Source: Macrostomum lignano
Lineage: Eukaryota
DNA: 64,000 nucleotides
Direction: 5' to 3'
Assembly (NCBI GenBank): GCA_002269645.1
Contig: NIVC01001730.1
Location: 1-64,000 of the forward strand
This document shows positions 54,685 to 64,000 of the stretch, piece after piece. The notes under the pieces were generated by a model. The model was not told the origin of the DNA and searched no databases. It was given only the letters and a program-made list of their open reading frames with translations. The translations under genes were made by a program, and so were the position numbers. Every line of letters begins with the position of its first letter. Position 1 is the stretch's first letter.

Positions 54685-55709
54685 CATCAAGAATGATTGC
54701 TCTGCCAGCAATTTCCCATTAACGCTTTGCCAGAGCGCTCGAGCCAAAAGCCAGCCGCTGAGTCAGCCACAGCGCTTTTATCTGACTCGAGCTGGAAATC
54801 AGAGATTGAAACAGGGACTCAAAGTCTCCGGACGCCGCCCTGAAAGTGGCATAGCGAGGCTGAGGTGGGGATAAGAATCCCGCCTGTAAAATCCCTCCCA
54901 GCCGCCCAAGTTCTTCATTTCCATGGCGGGCCAAAGCAATTCCGTTCCGGCCGATAGCCGCTAATTTCTCCGCTGTGTGTTAAGAGCCTCCAAGAGCACC
55001 CCAGCTTCCTATCTTCCCCATCGCCTTCAAATCCCCAGCCTCCAGCGTCTATGAAAAGCCGAATTTTTAACACTTCCAGTTTGCTGCTCTTATCCAGCTT
55101 CTGTCTTTATCTCCTCCTCCCTCTCTCCCGGGATTGTAGCTGCTCAAAGTGACGCAACGGCCACAGCAATGCCCTATTCATAGATTGAGTCCTTCCGGCT
55201 GCCCCCGCCACCTATTCTGTACAGCCAGTGCTTTGCGAAAGTAGGCTGTGCTGAGCAAGTTTCCCTGCTTTGCCAGTCTCCCATCCCCATCTTGCTCTCC
55301 TCTCCCTCTCCCTCTCTCGCATCTCTCCCTCTCCCTCTCCCTCTCTCCCTTTCGTCACTCTCATTCTCTCCCATCCTCTCAGATATACTTTAGACTCTCT
55401 CTTTTCTCTCCCCTGTCAAATACAGTCAGAACCAGCACTCCCATTCCAACTCTCAATCCCCATCTAATTCTCCCTTCTCCCCCAGACACAAAGCGGACAT
55501 CCCAGATTCGGCGCTAAATCCCGCTTTGATCCCCATCTGTCATTCGGCTCCAAAATAACCAACCATCCCTTTCTAGGAATGCAAATCAGTGAGTCTCAGT
55601 GGCAGCCGATCATCAAAATAATTTAAATTCGAAGTCTGTAGTCAGGCAAAACTAAGCTTCTTGATAATTAGCGAGATTTGCCGACCTACTTAATTTCTGG
55701 TTACGCAAC

Positions 55710-55930
55710 TGGGTAGCATGGCCTTTAAAATATGTTTGGGTTGTCTGCTTTCATGCTCCATTGAAATTCTATAAGCTAGGCGAGATCCGGGGTTCGAATC
55801 CGCACTCGGTCACCTTAATTATCCTGGGGGGGGGGCTTGTTGACTTGTTCAGTCCGATGATGGCCGACCTCCAAGGCACAGTGAAGTGTACATGTCTGAC
55901 GATTAGAAAGTCAGGCCGCTGTAACACCCA
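55710..55930 (+). mobile_element. Degenerate tRNA-derived SINE-like element
   Basis: B-box/T-loop GGTTCGAATCC at 55791-55801 without a recoverable cloverleaf. The downstream 55886-55930 segment has a diverged second copy at 61121-61165. Confidence 0.4.
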
Positions 55931-56654
55931 GTGTTAGGAGTGCATGCCTGAAGTCGCTGTCTATGGCGCAATCCAGGCAGGCCTCTTCAAAAACCACATT
56001 TGGAACAATTGCGCGGCCTGCATTTAAAAATCACCCCGTAGATGATGAACAGCGGCAGTTGCTAGGGGGAATATTGAGAAATCGTGCAGGCTTCCAGTTT
56101 CCAAGAATCACATTCCACAAGAGAACCGATTGGAACTGCCTATCAGCTTTGACAGCCGCCAACAGTCAGCATTAGATAGCTCATATCCGTTTCTGTGGGA
56201 AAATTATTCCATCGATAATTGAAAAGCAATGCCTGTGTGATGGTATTGTTCCTTGAGGAAAAAATAATTTGAATCTTCCCAGGGAAGGGAAGATTGATTA
56301 GTTGCGGAGATCGCGGCAATTTCCACCAGTAGAATGGGGAGAAGATTATACCATCTGCCCCACTTGCACCCATTTGGACCGGGGTTGACGCGATAAAGAC
56401 CTGACAGGGGTCTGTGTGCATGCGGGCCGCCCGCCTGTCTGCACCGGGGGGATTTGTCAAATCAAGATTGAGGAGGATAAGCAGGAGCAACAGGGCTGCT
56501 GGGATTCAACAGAACCGGTGAATGACTTGTGGGGGGATTTCCAATCCGGATTGCGTGTTTTCAATTCTGTGCGTGAGTGCGAAAGTCAGTCAGATTTTTG
56601 GCGGGCTGCTTTGAGGAGAATTTTTATGGTGCCCGGATAAATTGATGGAATTGA

Positions 56655-57190
56655 AGAGAGGGAGGGACGGAGAGACGGAGAGAAGGAGAAAGGGAGAGAG
56701 AGGGGTAGAGAAAGTGTGAGAGATATAGATAGGTAGAGAGGGGGGAGAGAGGGAGGGAGAGAGGGAGGGAGAGAGAGGGGGAGAGAGATGGAGGGAGAGA
56801 AATAGAGGCAGAGAAGGGGAGAAAGAGAGGTAAGGGGAGAGAGAGGGGGAGAGAGGGAGGAGAGAAGGAGAAAGGAGGGAGAGTTAGAGAGAAATCGAGG
56901 GAGAGAAGGAGAGGGAAAGAGGAAGAGAGAGAGAGAAGGAGAGAAGGAGAGAAGGAGAGGGAGAGAGGAAGAGAGGGAGAGAAGGAGAGAAGGAGAGAAG
57001 GAGAGGGAGAGAGGAAGAGAGAGAGAGAAGGAGAGAAGGAGAGAAGGAGAGGGAGAGAGGAAGAGAGGGAGAGAAGGAGAGAAGGAGAGAAGGAGAGAAG
57101 GAGAGGGAGAGAGGGAGAGAAGGAGAGAAGGAGAGAAGGAGAGGGAGAGAGGAAGAGAGGGAGAGAAGGAGAAGGAGAGAAGGAGAGAGG
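56655..57190. repeat. GA-rich polypurine array
   Basis: Direct reading. Confidence 0.9.
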
Positions 57191-57529
57191 AAGATGGAGA
57201 ATGGGGTTTTGCTGAAGCTCAACCCCAACTGAGTAGAACGGGTTTCAGCACAACGAAAACAAACTGCAGAACCAACTGTGGCTCAGGTCTGTCTGGGAAC
57301 ATGAGAAAGTCCCAGGCTTCTTCGTCTTGAAGGTCACCAGAGTTCAAGTCGCTGCAGCTCGCCTTACCCCACTCGATCCAGGTGGGAGGTCAAGGGCTGA
57401 AATCTCCGCCCATTTTCGGATCCCAATTGATAAGCTGAATCCTAAATAAAGACAAAACAAAGAGCTAAAGAAATGGTTTAAATGCTTGATTTCTATGACT
57501 ATATCGACCTTCTTTATCCATCTATATCA

Positions 57530-57890
57530 GCAATCCATTCTGTTCCTGCATCCATGTATTGGCTAGATTAGCAATCCATTCTATTCTAGATTAGCAATCC
57601 ATTCTATTCCTGCATCCGTGTATTGGCTAGATTAGCAATCCATTCTATTCCTGCATCCATGTATTGGCTAGATTAGCAATCCATTCTATTCCTGCATCCG
57701 TGTATTGGCTAGATTAGCAATCCATTCTATTCCTGCATCCATGTATTGGCTAGATTAGCAATCCATTCTATTCCTGCATCCGTGTATTGGCTAGATTAGC
57801 AATCCATTCTATTCCTGCATCCGTGTATTGGCTAGATTAGCAATCCATTCTATTCCTGCATCCGTGTATTGGCTAGATTAGCAATCCATT
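57530..57890. repeat. 41-bp minisatellite TGGCTAGATTAGCAATCCATTCTATTCCTGCATCC(A/G)TGTAT
   Basis: Direct reading. Confidence 0.95.
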
Positions 57891-58502
57891 TCAGTTCATT
57901 TCATTAATGTCAATTCAGAAAGGTCAATCCCTAGCCAAAAGGAAGCATTATCTGAAGATTACAATCCACTGCAGTCTTAATGCGAATGTTTTTTCTAATC
58001 TTGATAAGCGAGTCTCGTGACTGCTGATGATGAGGCGAAACAAGCATCATCAATCGAGGCTGCTGCGACATTCCATCCTCCGCCGGGCGATGATGCAATC
58101 CTTGATGCCTGCTTTCTTAGAAAGCCGCTGATGCTGCTGCACTCTCTCTTTCTCTTTCTCTCTCTCGCTCGCTTTGGCTCCATCAACCGATCTTCCAGAC
58201 TCTCCTCTAGTCCTCTTCCGCCTCTTGTCTAGACGGGCCGGCATGCGGCACAAACGATGATGGATGGCCCACCGCAGCCCCGAGGCTGCACGCATGCAGG
58301 AGGAGGCAGTCAGTGCCACGGCTTCTCAGGGCTGCTACTCACTGCCACCTTATCTCCTCCTCTCTACCCCCTCTCTCACTACCTACAAGCAAGAGGAACA
58401 CTGGGGATTCCTGCAGTCACTGCAGCTGCAGATGCTCTGACTCACGAAAAGGCAATCTGTCATTGTTTGTGTGCTTCTCTCAGCTCTGCTCACTGTGTGA
58501 TA

Positions 58503-58912
<410 letters not shown>

Positions 58913-59547
58913 GTAGTCCTCCGTAGCTGCACACACATTGGAGTAGCCATGAGAATCCAATGCTCTCTGCTGCCAGCAGTCCCGCATTCGCAGGCATACC
59001 TGAGTAACCAGTGCTCTTCAGCGTAGAAAAATGTGCAAACAGGAAGGAGGTCCGTCTTTGACAGATCCCATCTCACTCGCGCAGAAGTGTGTTTGCCATT
59101 ACTCTCCCACCAGCCTCTCTGTTCCCCCCTCATTCTCCATCAGTTGCCGCTCCCACTCCAGAGTCCACTCCAAAACTCCGCATTGCCTCCTCTTTTCCTG
59201 GGGCCACTTGATGCAGCAAGAAAAATTGTTGCAGAGTAAACACTAACAGCCTCCTCCCAACCCCCTGATCGAATCAACAGGCAATTCTTTATTGGGGGGA
59301 ACAGGCCGGTTAATGACGTCGAGCCATTCCCCCAGCGTCAGCCTCAGATTCAAGGATTTCGATGGAGCTTCAGTTTTCAGAGTTGTGCAAACCCTGAAGT
59401 GTTGATATATTGACTGAATACTGGTCGAGAGGCCCCAGCAACGGAGCACGGCACTCAAAGATTTTGAGCACAACAACCCTTGTCGCAAATGAGCGAAGAG
59501 ATCAAAGTAAAACTGCCTCCTCAGGAGCAGGGCAGCTCAGCGGTGAA

Positions 59548-61035
59548 CGCGCCCGACTCCCGCGCATTCTTTTGTGGCTTGAGAAATGGCGCCCGACTCC
59601 CGCGCATTCTTTTGTGGCTTGAGAAATGGCGCCCGACTCCCGCGCATTCTTTTGGGCTTGAGAAATGGCGCCCGACTCCCGCGCATTCTTTTGTGGCTTG
59701 AGAAATGGCGCCCGACTCCCGCGCATTCTTTTGTGGCTTGAGAAATGGCGCCCGACTCCCGCGCATTCTTTTGAGGCTTGAGAAATGGCGCCCGACTCCC
59801 GCGCATTCTTTTGTGGCTTGAGAAATGGCGCCCGACTCCCGCGCATTCTTTTGTGGCTTGAGAAATGGCGCCCGACTCCCGCGCATTCTTTTGAGGCTTG
59901 AGAAATGGCGCCCGACTCCCGCGCATTCTTTTGTGGCTTGAGAAATGGCGCCCGACTCCCGCGCATTCTTTTGAGGCTTGAGAAATGGCGCCCGACTCCC
60001 GCGCATTCTTTTGAGGCTTGAGAAATGGCGCCCGACTCCCGCGCATTCTTTTGAGGCTTGAGAAATGGCGCCCGACTCCCGCGCATTCTTTTGAGGCTTG
60101 AGAAATGGCGCCCGACTCCCGCGCATTCTTTTGTGGCTTGAGAAATGGCGCCCGACTCCCGTGCATTCTTTTGAGGCTTGAGAAATGGCGCCCGACTCCC
60201 GCGCATTCTTTTGAGGCTTGAGAAATGGCGCCCGACTCCCGCGCATTCTTTTGTGGCTTGAGAAATGGCGCCCGACTCCCGCGCATTCTTTTGAGGCTTG
60301 AGAAATGGCGCCCGACTCCCGCGCATTCTTTTGTGGCTTGAGAAATGGCGCCCGACTCCCGCGCATTCTTTTGAGGCTTGAGAAATGGCGCCCGACTCCC
60401 GCGCATTCTTTTGTGGCTTGAGAAATGGCGCCCGACTCCCGCGCATTCTTTTGAGGCTTGAGAAATGGCGCCCGACTCCCGCGCATTCTTTTGAGGCTTG
60501 AGAAATGGCGCCCGACTCCCGCGCATTCTTTTGAGGCTTGAGAAATGGCGCCCGACTCCCGCGCATTCTTTCGGGCTTGAGAAATGGCGCCCGACTCCCG
60601 CGCATTCTTTCGGGGCTTGAGAAATGGCGCCCGACTCCCCCGCATTCTTTTGTGGCTTGAGAAATGGCGCCCGACTCCCGCGCATTCTTTCGGGGCTTGA
60701 GAAATGGCGCCCGACTCCCGCGCATTCTTTCGGGGCTTGAGAAATGGCGCCCGACTCCCGCGCATTCTTTTGTGGCTTGAGAAATGGCGCCCGACTCCCG
60801 CGCATTCTTTTGTGGCTTGAGAAATGGCGCCCGACTCCCGCGCATTCTTTTGTGGCTTGAGAAATGGCGCCCGACTCCCGCGCATTCTTTCGGGCTTGAG
60901 AAATGGCGCCCGACTCCCGCGCATTCTTTTGTGGCTTGAGAAATGGCGCCCGACTCCCGCGCATTCTTTTGTGGCTTGAGAAATGGCGCCCGACTCCCGC
61001 GCATTCTTTTGTGGCTTGAGAAATGGCGCCCGACT
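59548..61035. repeat. 39/40-bp CpG-rich minisatellite GAGAAATGGCGCCCGACTCCCGCGCATTCTTTTG(T/A)GGCTT
   Basis: Direct reading; the three overlapping ~500-aa minus-strand ORFs are repeat-derived. Confidence 0.95.
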
Positions 61036-61744
61036 CCCGCGCATTCTTTCGGGGCTTGAGAAATTCCCGCGGGGACGGGGGATGTCGTGCGATTCACAGC
61101 CCATGAGGACCGCACACAGAGTGTACATGCCTGAGGATCAGAAAGTCAGGGCCGATGTACACCCTGGTGAGCGAGTGTATCAGTGCGTGTCTGCGTACAG
61201 TATTGGCGTGCTTGAATGCGCTCAGGAGCCAGCGGAATGGCCAGAATTCAATGCAATTTTATTTTGAGATACCCTGTCTGGCTTCGGTTAAATCTGCCAC
61301 CAACCTGTTGTTTATTTTTGATTGACAACTTGTATAAAACTAACTTGAATAATTTCTGTGCCGTGAGAATATTTTTTCACTGGATCCCGCAGGACTTGTC
61401 AGTCACGCTGGCACGGAAACAGCTGTTTTAACAAAATTTTGCGAAAAGAATTTGTGAGGGTGAAAATATTTCAAAACTGTCAGTAAATTTTTTTTCAATC
61501 AATTTTTTGCAGATAAAAGCAGAAATTAAAATAACTGACAGAAGCAGAAATCAGGCGCCTCGGTACTGCTTCTTAATTCATTAGCATCAAAGCCAGCACA
61601 CTGACTTACTTTCACTTAAAAACGACAATTGTCCTCAGATAAATATAATACTGTAAGTAGAAATGCGCGATGTTACTTTTTAAGCAACCAGATTCTCTTT
61701 ACTGTAAATTAGGTCCAATATTTAAGATACTTCAGAATAAGGGG

Positions 61745-62785
61745 TGACCGCAACACCTGAGACTCCTAAATGAGGGGGCCAACAACACCTGAGACTCCTA
61801 AATGAGGGGCCAACAACACCTGAGACTCCTGAATGAGGGGGCCAACAACACCTGAGACTCCTAAATGAGGGGCCAACAACACCTGAGACTCCTGAATGAG
61901 GACCCAACAACACCTGAGACTCCTAAATGAGGGGCCAACAACACCTGAGACTCCTGAATGAGGACCCAACAACACCTGAGACTCCTGAATGAGGACCCAA
62001 CACTTCTGAATGAGGACCCAACAACACCTGAGACTCCTGAATGAGGACCCAACACTTCTGAATGAGGACCCAACAACACCTGAGACTCCTGAATGAGGGG
62101 CCAACAACACCTGAGACTCCTGAATGAGGGGCCAACAACACCTGAGACTCCTGAATGAGGGCGCCAACAACACCTGAGACTCCTAAATGAGGGGCCAACA
62201 ACACCTGAGACTCCTGAATGAGGACCCAACACTTCTGAATGAGGACCCAACAACACCTGAGACTCCTGAATGAGGGGCCAACAACACCTGAGACTCCTAA
62301 ATGAGGGGCCAACAACACCTGAGACTCCTAAATGAGAGGCCAACAACACCTGAGACTCCTGAATCAGGGGCCAACAACACCTGAGACTCCTGAATCAGGG
62401 GCCAACAACACCTGAGACTCCTGAATGAGGACCCAACACTTCTAAATGAGGACCCAACAACACCTGAGACTCCTAAATGAGGGAGCCAACAACACCTGAG
62501 ACTCCTAAATGAGGGGCCAACAACACCTGAGACTCCTAAATGAGGGCGCCAACAACACCTGAGACTCCTAAATGAGGGGGCCAACAACACCTGAGACTCC
62601 TAAATGAGGGGCAAACAACACCTGAGACTCCTGAATGAGGACCCAACACTTCTAAATGAGGACCCAACAACACCTGAGACTCCTGAATGAGGGCGCCAAC
62701 AACACCTGAGACTCCTAAATGAGGGGCCAACAACACCTGAGACTCCTGAATGAGGACCCAATAACAACTGAGACTCCTAAATGAT
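61745..62785. repeat. 31-bp minisatellite AACAACACCTGAGACTCCT(A/G)AATGAGGGGCC with interspersed 21-bp deletion variants
   Basis: Direct reading. Confidence 0.95.
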
Positions 62786-63204
62786 GCAGAAGTCACAAGC
62801 AAAAATTTTGAACTTCCAAGACACCACAGAAACTGCAAATATATTATTTATGGAGTTCACAACAAGAACAGCTGCAAAAGTCTGTAATATGAATTCGGTG
62901 CATTAACTTAAATCTAAACTGATTAATTACTTTAAGTAGGCAAGCTGAAACATGCTTAATATTTTGTGTGCTGTTATTTCACAATGCAAAGCTGTTATAG
63001 CATAAACACCATTTGTGGTGAGTAGAGAAGTTGCAAAAAAAGTTAAAAGCAGCTAACATGATCCATAAAATCCAGGACAACAAACGGGACAACGAAACTA
63101 CGAGCTAATAATTGATTTATTTTATCTTCGAGCATGTGTCAACATTAATCAATAAAAACACATAAGTAATATAATTTCTTGCATAAGTAAGAAATAAATT
63201 GCCG

Positions 63205-64000
63205 CCATTTCCTCCAGTCATTTGATGACAAACTGCCATTCCCTCCAGTCATTTGAGGACAAACTGCCATTCCCTCCAGTCATTTGATGACAAACTGCCA
63301 TTCCCTCCAGTCATTTGATGACAAACTGCCATTCCCTCCAGTCATTTGATGACACACTGCCATTCCCTCCAGTCATTTGATGACAAACTGCCATTCCCTC
63401 CAGTCATTTGATGACAAACTGCCATTCCCTCCAGTCATTTGATGACACACTGCCATTCCCTCCAGTCATTTGATGACAAACTGCCATTCCCTCCAGTCAT
63501 TTGATGACAAACTGCCATTCCCTCCAGTCATTTGATGACAACTGCCATTCCCTCCAGTCATTTGATGACAAACTGCCATTCCCTCCAGTCATTTGATGAC
63601 AAACTGCCATTCCCTCCAGTCATTTGATGACAAACTGCCATTCCCTCCAGTCATTTGATGACAAATGCCATTCCCTCCAGTCATTTGATGACAAACTGCC
63701 ATTCCCTCCAGTCATTTGATGACAAACTGCCATTCCCTCCAGTCATTTGATGACAAATTGCCATTCCCTCCAGTCATTTGATGACAAACTGCCATTCCCT
63801 CCAGTCATTTGATGACAAACTGCCATTCCCTCCAGTCATTTGATGACACACTGCCATTCCCTCCAGTCATTTGATGACAAATTGCCATTCCCTCCAGTCA
63901 TTTGATGACAAACTGCCATTCCCTCCAGTCATTTGATGACAAATTGCCATTCCCTCCAGTCATTTGATGACAAACTGCCATTCCCTCAAGTCATTTGATG
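63205..64000. repeat. 31-bp minisatellite GACAAACTGCCATTCCCTCCAGTCATTTGAT (truncated at window edge)
   Basis: Period measured as 31 (63241 to 63272). Confidence 0.95.

Noticed and set aside
58024-58060. CTGATGA-TGAGGC-GAAAC hammerhead-like string
   Set aside because: No helix III partner with an NUH triplet upstream or downstream (the nearest is CTTGAT, not CTTGTH), and no helix I.
59410-61267. About 125-aa ORF obtained by collapsing the 40-bp array
   Set aside because: No recognisable domain, no initiating ATG or splice signals, and it overlaps a dispersed hairpin repeat.

Overview
Eukaryotic (metazoan) genomic DNA. By my rough sum about half of the window is roughly 39 distinct tandem arrays alternating with short unique spacers. 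The GC-rich coding exons, invertebrate-type protocadherin and minisatellite-filled introns suggest a free-living flatworm such as Macrostomum; this is inference only. Two genes are well supported. (1) The 3' part of a plus-strand gene of unknown product: exons 607-1382, 1914-2400 and 3769-3905 join in phase, with one apparent single-base frameshift near 1130. (2) A minus-strand protocadherin with 7 cadherin repeats (delta1-like): a large exon 36258-33481 and a terminal exon 15412-15071, about 1039 aa. Almost all other long ORFs in the track are translations of tandem repeats. The most interesting signal is at 43.7-45.0 kb. There a promoter-like motif cluster and a hydrophobic-leader ORF lead into a 49-bp array whose unit parses as a strong splice donor, a 22-nt intron-like spacer and a 27-nt frame-preserving micro-exon (11 copies). 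This resembles a nascent micro-exon gene, but a tRNA/SINE T-arm origin of the unit is a real rival explanation. Array boundaries are approximate; no database searches were run.
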